Origin: Eledone cirrhosa
Taxonomy: Eukaryota
Assembly (NCBI GenBank): GCA_964016885.1
Contig: OZ024743.1
Location: forward strand, 69,812,001-69,876,000
DNA: 64,000 nt
Reading direction: 5' to 3'
The translations under genes and the position numbers were made by a program. The notes under the pieces were generated by a model. That model did not search any database and was not told the origin of the DNA. It was given only the letters and a program-made list of their open reading frames with translations. Of the stretch, positions 29,271 to 43,052 are shown one piece after another (position 1 is the stretch's first letter; every line of letters begins with the position of its first letter).

Positions 29271-30493
29271 TTATTTTTATAACCTGCCTTTCGTAGCGCG
29301 TCATTATAGTATCCTGCTTTTTCATCAAATATGGATTTATTAGCGGATATTCTAGTTATGCGTTTTTCTCTACACTATTGACTATTGCATTTTTCACAGA
29401 TTTAAGGTGATTAGAGTAATAGCTAACGTCATTTAAGTTTTCATTGGGCTTATGGAAAGGGTAATAAAAACCTGAGTTTAAGTTAAGGGTAACGTCAAGG
29501 AAATTAACTATTTTGGTACTACTTTCAACTTCTAATTTAAGGTCGTAATTTTTAAAGAATTCAATTATAGTTTTCTTAACCCTATTTAGTTCTGTATTGC
29601 TATGTTTGACAACCGTAAATAAAATATCGTCCCTATATAAACCACCGGTAATCTGCGGCAGTTTTCTATTTACCATATTTAAGATAAAAGAAGATCGGTG
29701 ACCTGCGCTGAGTCGGATGATCCCATGGTAATGACAAAGTTTCTATTCCTATCTGAACGGGTCCAATACTCATTGTTGAAATTAATTAGAGTTCTTCTAG
29801 CAGTTAATATGATATTAATTTCATCCGTAGTTAGATCTGTATGTTTGTAAGCATAAGGCAAAGCTTTATTTAATAAGTTAGGTGCCATAGAAGAATAATA
29901 GCTTGCTATGTCCATTTGGATGAATTTGTGATTTTTCTTATTATCTATATTTTTAACCCAGTCAATCACTTCATTAGTGTCCTTCCATAAGCTCAATTTT
30001 GACTTCAATTTCAGAGTAGGTAGAATTCTATCAATAATATTCTTACTGATTACTCCAATATCCGATTTAGATGGAGCTATCAGTCTAACTGGCAGGTCTT
30101 CCTCAAAGTTTCTTTTGTGATCCTTAAAATTTATCCTCGGCTGTCTAGGTATAAAAGTCTCGGTTCTTCCTTCAATTCCAAGTTTGGCTATTAATTAAAA
30201 TGCATCATTATTGATATATATAAGATCTTCGGCCGGGGCTTTCTTCTTTCTTTCTTCTTTCTTTCTTCTTTCTTTCTTCTTTCTTCGATAATTTAAATTA
30301 TTTGAATCTCTAACAGTCATGTAAATTGCTATTATGTATTTTTAAGCTTTCTCACACGCACCCTCTGTATTATATGTAAATGTTTTCATGTCTCAATCTT
30401 AAGGTATATAAATATTGAGTTTTGTCATATCTTATTCACTACCATGACTGAATCTTAACCATCTACTATGTCAGGGTATGTCATGCATCCTCT

Positions 30494-30560
30494 TATTTTA
30501 TCTGATGAGGACGTACTGTTGAAGTTAGCTCAGTACCTCTGAAATATGTATAATAAAATA
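30494..30560 (+). ncRNA. Minimal type-I hammerhead ribozyme in the PLE inverted pseudo-LTR
   Basis: TATTTTAT-CTGATGA-ggac-GTACTG..CAGTAC-ctct-GAAA-TATGTA-TA-ATAAAATA; perfect 8-bp stem I. Confidence 0.82.
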
Positions 30561-30604
30561 TACTTGATCACACGAATGTCTATTTTTGTTAATATTTTGA
30601 ATCA

Positions 30605-30990
30605 ATATATATATGTGTGTGTGTGTGGGGGGGGCTCTGTGAGTGTGTGTCTGTGTGTGTGTCTGTGTGTGTGTCTCTGTGTATGTGTATGTGTGTGTGT
30701 GTGTATGTGCGTGTGTGTGTGTCTGTGTCTGTGTGTGTCTGTGTGTGTCTGTGTGTCTGTCTGTGAGTGTGTGTCTCTGTGTGTGTGTCTCTGTGTATAT
30801 GTGTGTGTGTGTGTGTGTGTCTGTGTCTGTGTGTGTATGTGTGTGTGTGTGTATGGGTATGTGTGTGTGTGCGTCTGTGTATGTGTGTGTATGTGTGTGT
30901 GTGTGTATGTGTTTGTATGTGTGTATGTGTCTGTGTGTGTGTGTCTGTGTCTGTGTGTGTATGTGTGTCTGTCTGTGTGTGTATACATAT
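30605..30990. repeat. Degenerate (TG)n microsatellite
   Basis: TG/TCTG array. Confidence 0.95.
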
Positions 30991-31107
30991 ATTTTTTGTT
31001 CAGATCTATCTTTGTACTCATCTAAAGAGGCAGAACTCAGTAATGTTAATAGAGTGAATTATATATTTTCATCAATTTATTTCATAACATTATTTGTAAC
31101 AATACTT

Positions 31108-31960
31108 GCTTTGACGCATAGAGTTACGGCCCTTGCCATTCTGAGTTCAAATCCCGCCGAGGTTAACTTTGCCTTTCATCCTCATGGGGTCAATAAAATA
31201 AAGTACCAGTAATGCACTGGGTAATTGCTGGCCTTGTGCCAAAAGTAGAAACAATTATTTGTAACGATACTTCAATAAACGAAGATTCATCAGAGGAGTA
31301 ATGACGTGGTGTGAATTCAATTTATATACAAATTGTTTAAATAAGAGGGGAAGAAGAATGATGTATGGGTGGAGGCGTATTTCATTATACTCTTCTCTAT
31401 TAACTTATATTGTATTTTCACTACTAATTAGACATGTGAACATCTGATTGGCTTAAGAAACATTGACAAATGTGAAATTTGAAATATAGTCATCCCAACG
31501 TAAATGAATAACATAATTGTTTCTTAATTTGGCACAAGGCCAGCAATTATTCCAGTGTATTGCTGGTACTTTATTTTATCGACCCTGTAAGGATTAAAAG
31601 CAAGGTTAACCTCGGCCGTAACTCTTTGCGGCAAAGCATGGCGTCCGACCCTCTACCGATACTGCCAATCCACCGCCCTAAATGAATAACATAATACGTA
31701 AATGAATAATATAAAACGTAAATGAATAACATAATACTCGATCACTATAAATAACTATATCTAATTCAGTCACAAGGCCAGTAATCGAAATAGAGGAAAA
31801 TCTCAATTATATCGACCCAAATGCTTGACTATTAATGAATTTTATCTTGTTCGGATCGATGGAAAGCAATGTTGATACCAGCGGGATTCGAACATAAAGG
31901 GTCGTAACTAAATACTACAAAGCATGTTGTTCGACACGCTAACGATTCTAATAATCCGCC
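31108..31960. mobile_element. Cluster of three SINE copies (31108-31256 +, 31515-31678 -, ~31765-31960 -)
   Basis: SINE cores; the first has TSD ATTATTTGTAAC.ATACTT. Confidence 0.8.
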
Positions 31961-32454
31961 GGGAAATGGTACGCAGAGAGAGACGGAAAAAATTGAACAT
32001 ATCCACATTTTTACTACCTTCCACACACTGTAGTGCTTATATTTCTCTACTGTTCTAACATTCACCACAAATACATTCCAGGCCACCCTCTTGTGCATAT
32101 TAAACAGACCGCTAACACCATATACCAGCCTATTAGCGATAGACACGCCTTCTCTCACAACAAACTACTTGATCTTTGCTATCTCTATTTTCTACTATTT
32201 TAATCTCGTTGGTTCTTGACCTTTGATACCAATCTGCCTGAAACCGCCTATCGTTTTATGGTAGAGAATTGTCTGTTTTTAATTGTTTATATTTGTTAAA
32301 AATCAGTTAACCATAATTCTGTTAACCAGATTTGGACAATTAGAGAATTTTTTTTACATAGTGAGTATGCATGTGTGTGCGCGCAAAAAGATGACACATG
32401 CTTTCTTTTATTTGGGCAGACAAAATCCCTCCAAATTACATATACACACATACA

Positions 32455-32827
<373 letters not shown>

Positions 32828-33159
32828 CAAATGATACGTAGATTTAAATATAAATTTAAAACCATATCTTAGGTGTTATAATATTGCTTAGCTTACATAA
32901 AGATTATGGTGTGCATTTCTTAAGCTTTTCAAAAATTATTTTGAGATAGAATGCTCGTGATATTTGCTCCAATCTAATTAGAGCAAAAATCACGAGCACT
33001 CTATCTCAAAATTATTTTTGAAAACATAAGAAATGCCCAACCGGTAAAAACTTAAAACTAAAACTGAATACTAACTAATACTCATTACTAATTTATACTT
33101 ACTCCTAATTAAACTATTTTTCACTGGGAAAAATTCGTCAGCATTTCTTTTCCTTTTTA

Positions 33160-33246
<87 letters not shown>

Positions 33247-33297
33247 TCTGAATTTGTTTAGCAACATTCTTTATCTGAAAACGTGTGTTGAAACCGG

Positions 33298-34102
33298 TAT
33301 TGTTATGCTTTGGGGGGGTCATGTTGCCAATAAGAGACACACGCACCAGTTGCTTTCACTTCAATTTATTATAAATGAAATTTATAAATTTAGGAATTTA
33401 TAAATTTCCGGTTAGTTGGTTGGTTCCACAACCAGACGATTGTTCATATATTGGTTGCTCATATATTATAGGAGAACGGATAAATGAACACCGGCGAGAG
33501 CTTCAAGATAGTAAAGAATCATCTGTACTCCACCAACATGCTAAAATAGAACATAAGGGTAAATTAGAGAACATAGAAATAAAAATAGAATCTACACACA
33601 GAAAAGACGTAATGTTTAGACAAATCACAGAGGCAATAAACATAGATGAACTCCAACCAAAATTAAATAGAAAACATGAATGGAATAGCAACATCACAAC
33701 TTACAATTAAAGACAAAATGAAAACACTCACACACATAGAACAAACAACCAACCAGTAACATATAAATAAACAAATAAATAAACAAATATAAACACACAC
33801 AGACACCCGGATGTAACACATGCGCAAACTAAGCACAGAACACACACAAAAACAAGATGGCGTAGGACATAACAAAGGAGAAGCACAAAACCAAAGAAAA
33901 GAATCCACAGTCACTGAAGAGGTCACAGAATGTGTGACGAAAGAACTTTGACAATATATGAACAATCGTCTGGTTGTGGAACCAACCAACCGGAAATTTA
34001 TAAATTCCTAAATTTATAAATTTAATTTATAATAAATTGAAGTGAAAGCAACTGGTGCGTGTGTTTCTTATTGGCAACATGGCCCTCCCAAAGCATAACA
34101 AT
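33298..34102 (+). mobile_element. Short PLE remnant: GIY-YIG C-terminus + HHR, bounded by ~150-bp inverted repeats
   Basis: ERINEHRR..SSVLHQHAKIEH...RQITEAINIDELQPKLNRKHEW; 33298-33453 is the reverse complement of 33952-34102. Confidence 0.85.
33910..33952 (+). ncRNA. Minimal type-I hammerhead ribozyme (PLE pseudo-LTR, family G)
   Basis: GTCA-CTGAAGA-g-GTCACA gaatg TGTGAC-GAAA-GAAC-TT-TGAC. Confidence 0.78.
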
Positions 34103-34549
34103 ATATATATATATATATATATATAATAGTAGAAAAGGAAAAAACAGTAGAAAATGCTAATGGGATTTTTTCATAGAATAACAACAAATTATTTATTTAT
34201 AAAGAAGAAATGTACCGTACCGGTTTCAGCCACTTGGACATCTTCATACTACGGATGTGTATAATAACATTTATCATGGATTTAAGTTGTATATTAATAA
34301 GAAATATATTGTAATGTAACATGGTTTACGTACATATAAAGAGAAGAGTTCATATTTCTGTGTATCGCTTTCTCTCTTTGGTGTAGCTTATAATTAGTGC
34401 AATGGTAGTGACAGTAGCCAAAGCAGGTTTTGTGTTCTTGGTGTTGACTTCGACTCTAGTGGTAGTAGTAGGTGGGGAGGAGGGGAAGGAGAAGCAGAAG
34501 AAGAAATAGAAGCAGAGCGAGAAGTATATATATATATATATATACATGC

Positions 34550-35765
34550 CACCCCCACTAATTGTGGCACCACTACAATATCAGAAGCAACATCATGATC
34601 CTCACCATAGCACCCACCAATGTAACACCACCCCTCAGGTGCTATGTACATCATTGTCACCATTAGAATTGCCATCATCATCATCACCACTCCTACTACC
34701 ATCCCCACACCACCAGCATCACCCCGTGATGGTCACAGTAAGTACACATTTGATCATATATCTGCTGGATCAGGAATTGACCTGAGGTTAACCAAATTCA
34801 CAACTACACCATCAAGGTTATTGCCATCCTAAAATTTGGTTAGCCATTTCTTCCATCACCATCAGCATCATAAGAACACTCAGCATCATCATCACAATCA
34901 TCAACATCATCATTATGCCCCCAGTACAACGATCTTCACCGTCACCACCATCACTAACATCTTCATCATCCCCACCATCAATGCCATCGCTATATATGAC
35001 ATATCATAACATTGATATAATTCCTCCCGGCTTGCTCTTACTACTATTATCAAGTCATCACAATCAATACTATCATCACTTCAACACAATCATCATCATC
35101 GTCATGAACATTATCACCGTCATCATCTCCTCCATCATACACATCAATACCCTCACCACCAGGAACATAAGTACCATCAGCACCGTCATAATCATTACCA
35201 TCAGCACCATCTATACCATCACCTTTACCATCATCACAATCAGCCAAACACCATCACCATCACCATCACTATCACCCCTTCACCATCGTCTTCACCATCA
35301 TCACCATCACTATCACCATCACCATCGCCATCACCATCAACCTCATCACCATCATCTTCACCATCATCGCCATCACAATCGCCATCAACATCACCATCGC
35401 CATCGCCATCATCCTCATCCTCATCACCATCGTCTTTACCATGATCACCATCACTCTTATCATCACCTTCACCACCGCCATCACCATAAACATACCATCC
35501 TTAACAATACCATTATATAACTATTAAAGCCTTCCTGCATACAACACGATGACCACCCCATCACACCATCACCAACACCTCCACCACACAATCACACCAT
35601 CAACACCACCACACCACCACCACCACCACCACCACTACCACCAAAAACAACACTACCACCACCACCACCACCACAATCACCACCACCACAATCACCACCA
35701 CCACCACCACAACCGCCACCACCACCATCATCTCCACCACCACCACCACCACCGCCGCCATGTCA
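34550..35765. repeat. Degenerate (CAT)n/(CAC)n low-complexity tract
   Basis: Trinucleotide drift; gives poly-His/Ile/Ser ORFs in all frames. Confidence 0.85.
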
Positions 35766-36014
35766 CTGTGTAGATATCTGCTCTCTAATAGCAACGTTGG
35801 TCTTCCTCCTCACATTTCTAACATATTAAAATAATGTTAGCAATGCATTAGTGTAGATGTAGAAGATCGAAGTCTTAGGTTCGATTCGTGGTAGTCTATG
35901 ATTGACATCTGACAAGTGGCAGCTGGCATGCAATCAACATTATTACATCAATCCATTTTCACAGATGAAAATCCATTTCGCAATAGAAATAATAATAACA
36001 ACACGAATAACAAC

Positions 36015-36063
<49 letters not shown>

Positions 36064-36267
36064 CTTTCTTTATTAATAATGATTTCTTCATTAACCACAG
36101 GGGTTTAGACAAAGTAGACATTAAGGACAGTACAGGACAATACAGGACGGTACAAAAGGGCATTTCTGCGTGTAAAAAAAACAAGAAACAGAGGATGTGA
36201 TAATAGAATAATGTGTATTACTGGTACTTTCTTTTATCGACCCCGTAAGGATGAAAGGCAAAGTCAA

Positions 36268-36550
36268 CAATAATAATAATGGTAACACTAGTAGTAATAA
36301 TGATGACGCTGATGATGATGTTGATGATGATGATGATGGTGATGGTGATGGTGATGATGATGGTGATGATGGTGTTGGTGATGGTGATGATGATGATGGT
36401 GATAATGATGATGGTGATGGTGATGGTGATAATGGTGATGGTGATGGTGATGGTGATGATGGTGATAATGATGGGGATGATGATGATGGTGATGGTGATG
36501 ATGGTGATGATGGTGATGATGATGGTGATCATGATGATGTAATGGTGATG
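36268..36550. repeat. (GAT/GGT)n trinucleotide tract
   Basis: Direct inspection. Confidence 0.9.
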
Positions 36551-36744
36551 ATTTCTATCATTTGTACCAGATCATCGGATAAAAACAGACTTTATAAAAG
36601 TAGGATTCCACATGAAAGTGAGAGATTACTCCTTACGGTGTCGTAGGAACCCCGTATCGAAATACTGCGTTTCGAGGGCATTTTTTTAAAAAAGGTAGTC
36701 GGAGCCAATCGCTCTCCATATGTACTTTACATAGAAATGATATC

Positions 36745-37090
36745 ATTGTTTCTACTTTTGGCACAAGGACAGCAATTATCCCAGTGTATTACTGGTACTT
36801 TATTTTAAGCAAAGTTAACCACGGCAGGATTTAAACTCTAAAGCATGGTGTCCGGTGCGTTACCCATACTCTCAATGCACTAATAATAATGGTTTCTACT
36901 ATAGGCACAAGGCCAGTCATTTGGGGGGAGGGGAAAGTCGATTAAATTGACCCCAGTACGTTACTGGTGCTGTATTTTATCGACCCCGTAAGGATGAAAG
37001 GCAAAGTTAACCTCGGCGGGATTTGAACTTAGATCATAAAGAGCCGTAACTCTATGCTGCAAAGCAAAGCCTCCGTCCCTCTACCGATAA
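36745..37090 (-). mobile_element. Two SINE copies
   Basis: SINE cores on the minus strand. Confidence 0.8.
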
Positions 37091-37092
37091 TG

Positions 37093-40000
37093 CTTTCTTT
37101 ATCAACCACAAGGGTTTACACAAAGTAAGACATTAAGGACAATACAGGACAATACAGAGCGGTACAAATGGGCATTTCTGCGTGTAAAAACAAAAACAGA
37201 GGATGTAACAAAAAAAAAGAAACAATGAAAACTTCCCCAAAAGGGGGGAGACATCCGAGATACATTCGTGGAGAAAGCCCATTAAAAAAGCCACGGTGAC
37301 CCTGACCACCAGGGCAAGTGCCCTCTCCCAGTTTTCCAACTTCAATTTATAGGCGCATACTCAGAATAGGCCCATTCACTCGGACCATGCTTTCCTCTCT
37401 CACCCATCTTTCAACAAAATGCTGGGAAGAGAGCACTTCTCTCTCTACCCTGATTTTCCTTTTCAAATTAAATTTGAAAAAGTTAATCAGTGCATCACCG
37501 AAGTGGTGATGGTCCTCTTCAGCCCTTTCAAACGCGTCCACCACACTATCTCTTTCCCCATGGCCACCAGACAAGTAGAAACTACCTGCCTTCCCGGCTA
37601 AAGTAAAAGGGCGGGTCACTCCTCACGATGGACTCAGCTAATAGCCGGATCCGTCCTACACGCGACAGCAGGTGTTCGACATAAACCCATAAGTCAACAA
37701 TGCTCGGACACTGGACGAGTGCGTGCAGGACGGTTTAGTCGAGCTGCGCGTATCTCGGACATGCCCGGCTGACAGCACTTCCATGCCTGTAGAGTTTATC
37801 CCGAACTGGCAAAGCTCCTAGTTAGCACTGCCAGGCTAGGGTTTTCTGGATTTTGTCCATAGGGCCCGGCTGAATGTTCTCCCGAACAGATTGGCTTGTT
37901 GATTTTCGTCGACGCCCAGAGTCTCCCAATGTACGTCGTCGCTCTTCCCCTCCACTAAACCTCTATACACCGAGGTGGAGTTTCCACCGATCACATTGCC
38001 TGACTGGTTGAAGGCTGTGAACGCCTGAAGACATTCCAGTATCCAAGCGTTCCCTCTCATTCTTCGCTTGACCCAGAACTGCAGCTCCGTCAAGGAGACG
38101 AGCTGGGGAAACACGTCTAGCAAACGGCGATGACACCTGGTCACCGTCGAGGAAGAGGTGGAGATGTCGTAGCCTGAACGCGTGTCTGGGCATCATCAGC
38201 CACGGCATGGCCAGCCCTCCGCGTAGCGGGTGTTGATAGCAGATGGACCGCCAGACAATCGGAGTGCGTCCCTTCCACAAACAAACGAAAGAGCAAACGT
38301 TCCAGCTCAGTCGGGCGAGGCTTAGAACAAAGCAAGACGCTCAGGCGTTAGTAGATGACGGACGCGATGTACGTATTCGCTACCTCCGCTCGATCTTTCA
38401 GGGATAGCTTCCTCTCTGCCCATTTCTGGGTGAGAGATGCCTCACTGCTCGTCACCTCGTCCCAATTTTTGTCGGTCTGGAATTCTTGACCGAACCAGAC
38501 CCCTAGCAATTTAACGTGTCCGTCCGTCCAGCGCCCGACGACGCTGTTGGACGGCATGGACCTGCCACTCCAAGTGCCAAGCTGCAGGCCCACTGACTTT
38601 TCCTAGTTGATCCTTGCTCCTGTCACCGCCCCGTATTCTCTTAGTGCCGATCGACTCGATGTGTTTGGCGTTCGACACCACTACGGTTACATTGTCTGCT
38701 TATGCTGACACGGATCTTCCGCTACCAGTTCGCGCGGGACCCCTCTCAACGTCTCCAGCTTATGCAGTAATGGCTGAGGGTCAATACGTACAACAGGGAC
38801 GAGAGGGCACATCCTTGGTGGACCGAGCGCATGTGTTGAACGGTTCCGAAAGGTGACCGTTCACTCTCACCACAGAGCAGATGTCACTGTGTATGGCAGC
38901 GATCCAGCTTTTGAAGACGGGCCCAAAGCCAGCCGCCCTAAGAACTGCCACTAGGTAACGATGGTCGACCCTATCGAAAGCTATCGACTAATCTAAATTG
39001 ATCAAGGATCCACCCGTGCGAGGTTCCCTAGCTACCCTCTCCACGATGTATCGCATGAGGTGGAGGTTGTCGTGGATGGATCTGTCTGGGATGGCGCATG
39101 TCTGCGCCTCTCCCACCAGACCACCAACGACAAGTGCCAACCTCTTTGCTAGAACTTTGGCCAAAATCTTGAACTCTGAGTTTAGCAGAGTTATGGGCCT
39201 GAAATTATATGTTATCCCCCTTGTTCGGATCCTTTCTCAGCAGCGCCACCACTCCTCGGATCACAGAGCTGGGAATTCTCCCGTTCTGTTTCCAGTTGCA
39301 GTAGACATCCGCCAAGAGGTCTCCGAACAAATCTGGCATAAAGTACTCAGGGCAGACCATCCAAACGAGGCGATTTATCCCTTGTGCAGCCAGTCATTGC
39401 CTCCCCTTCTTCAACGGCTGTTATCGACTTTTCACACCACTCCACTTCAGTGGCCGAGAGCCACGTCAGTCCGTCGAGGTAGGCACTAAAGTCCATCCCA
39501 CGATCCAGCCCGCCGCTGCCCCCGAAAAGCTGGGCGAAGTGTCACTGGAAAGCTTCACACATTTTCCCGGGATCGAGTAGCATGCGCCCGTCGTGGGATA
39601 CCAAAGACCGGATCGTGGCTTTGTTGTTGTAGATGGCCCCCGTCAACGCACGCTTAACTAGTTCGCTACTCCGGTCTCTGTAGGCCTTGCGCGCTGTTAA
39701 CAACGCGTTTAGCTTCCAGTAGTCGGGTCCCTGTCTATGAAGCCTATCTCAGTCAACCACACAGATCACGAATTTGTGGTCCGCCTATGAATTGTGGACA
39801 GCCTATTCTAGACCTATCTATTTCCCTACAAAATACCCTATCTAGATATGATCTGGATGACCCGATACGGTTTGTCCATGTCCACATTGGCACATTCGGG
39901 AAATCCAGACGGTACCTGCGAGACAGTTGAAAAGTCTGAGTTTGCGAGGCTTTTACACCTTTCTCCCCTATCCGCTAAACCCTCACAGACCCAGCATGCA

Positions 40001-43000
40001 TCTAAGATCCCATTCCAGTTGCCCACTAACACTAAAAGGCGGGACGTTCAAAGAAAGGTCTCCAGACGCCGGAAGAAATCAAACCGCCCTGCTCCTGTCG
40101 GGGCATAGACGGCCACTAGCCTGAAAGCTTGCCCGTCTTCCGCTGGTCACGTCCAGCACCAGCAACTTACTTTCTGGGTCCAGGAAGATGGCCCGTATGG
40201 CGAGATCCAAGCCTCTCCGAAAAGGCAAAGCAACTCCTCCTCCCGATCCTGGACGGCTGGGAGATGCGTACACATCGTAGCCGCCGAAGATCGTTGCGAA
40301 CGCTCGTACTTCGGAGATTCTGGTTTCGCTGATGGCCACCACATCTATGTTTAGTGACCTGAGGTCGTTGAGCAGGTGACCCTGCTTCCATAACGACTGC
40401 AGACCACACGCATTTATGCTGCCTGTTCTGAGTAAGGTCATGTTGAAAAGGAGTGGAAAAGGATGGGAAAGACCACTTACCTCACTTCTTGTGAAGGAAG
40501 GATGGTTTTTCCGTCCTACTCACTGTTTGTGACCTCCTCCGCAAGGATGTCTTTATAAATCCTCCTGGAAAGTGTTTATCGGAAGGCTCCGATGTCATTG
40601 GGGAATTTTAATTTTAGTGTCGTGTATGTTTTCTGTGTAATGCGAATGATTTGTATTTCTGGGAGTGGTGTGAATGTTGGGGTTGTAGTATAGTCTTTTT
40701 CTGTGATGCTGGTGTTGTGTTGGATGTAGTGTAATAACTGGTTGTTGTTCAAATTTAATTGTTTCTACGTTAGGCACAAGGCCAGCAATTACCCAGTGCA
40801 TTACTGGTACTTTATTTTATCGACCCCGTAAGGCTGAAAGGCAAAGTTAACCTCGGCGGGATTTGAACTCAGAATGGCAAGGGCCGTAACTCTATACGTC
40901 AAAGCATGGCGTCCGACCCTCTCCCAATACTGCCAATCCACCGCCCTTTGGGGTGTAGTATAGTTTTTTCTGTGATGCTGGTGTTGTGTTGGATGTAGTG
41001 TAATAATTGGTTGTTCAAATTTAATTGTTTCTACTTTAGGCACAAGGCCAGCAATTACCCAGTGCATTACTGGTACTTTATTTCATCGACCCCGTGAGGA
41101 TGAAAGGCAAAGTTAACCTCGGCAGGATTTGAATTCAGAATGGCAAGGGACGTAACTCTATACGTCAAAGCATGGCGTCCGACCCTCTACCGATACTGCC
41201 AATCCACAATGCTGTGTAGTTTGTATCGTTTTGGTTGCTTTGTTTAGTTTGCGTTTATTGTGGGTTCGTTCCTGTTTCGCTTGTTGGTGATTTTTGTGGT
41301 GTTGGTGATGGTGGTGTTGGGGTTAATGATGGTGATGGTGTTGGTGTTTGTGGTGATGGGGCTGTTGATGCTGGTGTGGGTGGTGGCATAGCTGTCTTAA
41401 CTTTTTGGATAGTTTGTTTGTTTCGCCCTGCATTTTGTTCTTGGAGGGTGAAGGAAGAAGGTTTTTTTCTTTTTTCCAGATTCCCACTCCCCCTCGTCAT
41501 CACAGTCTGTCTCCAGTTGTGACAGGTCAGGGAGTGGAAAATTCCCCACAGGCGTTGGTTTTGGTTGTGGCGTGGTGGATGCTGGAGGCGCTGGTGCTAA
41601 TTCTGGCGCGATGGGTGGTGGTGTTGGTTTTGCTACTGTTGCTGCTGTTGTTGCTGCTACAGTTGTTACTGCCATTTTTGCTGCTGGTTTTGATGGTTGA
41701 GTCACTAAGGTGGGCAGGAGAGGTGGTCTCAACTTTTTAGCCTTTAGATGGGTTCCTTCGCCACAAACGACACACCTAGGCCTTCTACCCTTAACAATTA
41801 TCGTGAGGTGGCTGCCGTCATTGAGGTCTATCACCTCTAGAATTTCCTGTATGTTTTGGGGGGTCCACTTGGATCAGGAGCTCCATCCCACATCCGGACC
41901 AGTTCTCCTGCTTTACTTTTATCACTTCAATTACTTTTGTGTCGGCTCGATGTCGGCGAGGACGGCAGCCATTAGCCAGGGAATTTCAATGGCCGGCGGA
42001 ACCTGGGTCACCCTGATCCTTACCAGCCTCTGACCACAATAGTTTGGGACGAGTGTGAACTCGTCACATTTTAATGGGGCCATGGAGTGCTCTCTGGATT
42101 CCTGTGGGGTTCCAAGGAACACGGGGTTCCATATGTGGGGTTCCATATTTTTGCCCACGTCTGAAGTGGGTTTTTTGAGCCCACACATGTCCCAAAGCTA
42201 TTTGAATCTGGGACTCGGATGCCCGTTCCACTCGGCGTGTTTTAATATTTATTGTGCGATATGACACGGTGCATAGGCGCCATGCTCCATGGTATCAGAT
42301 GAGGGGGTGAGGCTGACCCTGTAACCATATTTGTTTACCATTCGCTTGGCTTCATTCAATTCTTCCTGGCTTACCTCAACCGTTTCGTTTTTGTTTGCCG
42401 CTATAGCACACGAGACAATTAGTTTTGCGCTGGTGTTGATGTTGTTATTGTTATTCTTATTGTTGCTGTTGTTGTCATTGTTATTTTTGTTATTATTATT
42501 TTTAGTTTCAGTTGTGGTGGTGGTGGTGTTAGTGGCTTTCGGTAGAAGAGTCTAATTTGAGAGAATCCATTTCGATATCACGAGATAATAATTTATTTTT
42601 TGTTTCAATTGTTAGTGTGGTGGTGGTGGTGATGGCTTTAACACCTGTAGACATTGGTAATGGCGGGAAATCCATGTCTGCAAGTGACAAATCTAAATAA
42701 TTGCCACTGCTATTACTTATATTTTCAGTGTTGGCAACCGTAACAAGGTTTACAATGGTGGTGGTGGTGGTGGGAGATGTTAGTCTGTTAGAAATGCTGT
42801 CAGCAGAGTTGGGTGGCTGAATGCTGTCCATGTTTTTTGTTTTTTTTCAAAGAAATTGTTTGTTTCATAAAATAAATTTTAAATTTTGGGCTCAGAAAGT
42901 AATATATATGAACTTATATGAACTTATAAACATTTAACAACAAAAATTTTCCATAACTGGCAATTTGAAACAACTGAAAACAACATACATTTGTGGAGCT

Positions 43001-43031
43001 CACGATAGTACGATTTCCTACGTACGTCGCC
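37093..43031 (-). mobile_element. Near-full-length decayed Tx1/L1-type LINE, copy 1 (ORF1 ~42830-40560 with zinc knuckle; ORF2 40441-37347 APE + RT)
   Basis: ORF1 RCVVCGEGTHLK; ORF2 GSINACGL..DVVAISETR..GGVA, VGNWN, RPITLLN, QGCPLS, SAxADN, KLLGVWFG; many frameshifts; 3' end ..GATAAAGAAAG. Confidence 0.9.
40684..41207 (-). mobile_element. Tandem duplication of a SINE plus ~70 bp of LINE flank inside ORF1
   Basis: GTAGTATAGT..CTGTGATGCTGGTGTTGTGTTGGATG..AAATTTAAT + SINE occurs twice, period ~270 bp. Confidence 0.85.
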
Positions 43032-43052
43032 AATAATAATAATAATAATAAT

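Larger units (their letters stand above)
26236..30600 (-). mobile_element. 5'-truncated Penelope-like element (YRDD-type RT, Cys-rich linker, GIY-YIG) with inverted pseudo-LTR
   Basis: ORFs 29679-30008 (FIQMDIASYYSSM, ITMGSSDSA), 29356-29676 (GLYRDD, NFLDVT) and 28136-28789 (CNCR..C..C, VYKC..YIGAT..RFSNH); 30241-30382 is an inverted copy of 26236-26350. Confidence 0.9.

Noticed and set aside
34915-35773. His-rich ORFs as a metal-binding or beak-type protein
   Set aside because: Degenerate CAT/CAC repeat open in several frames on both strands; no non-repetitive domain or splice context.
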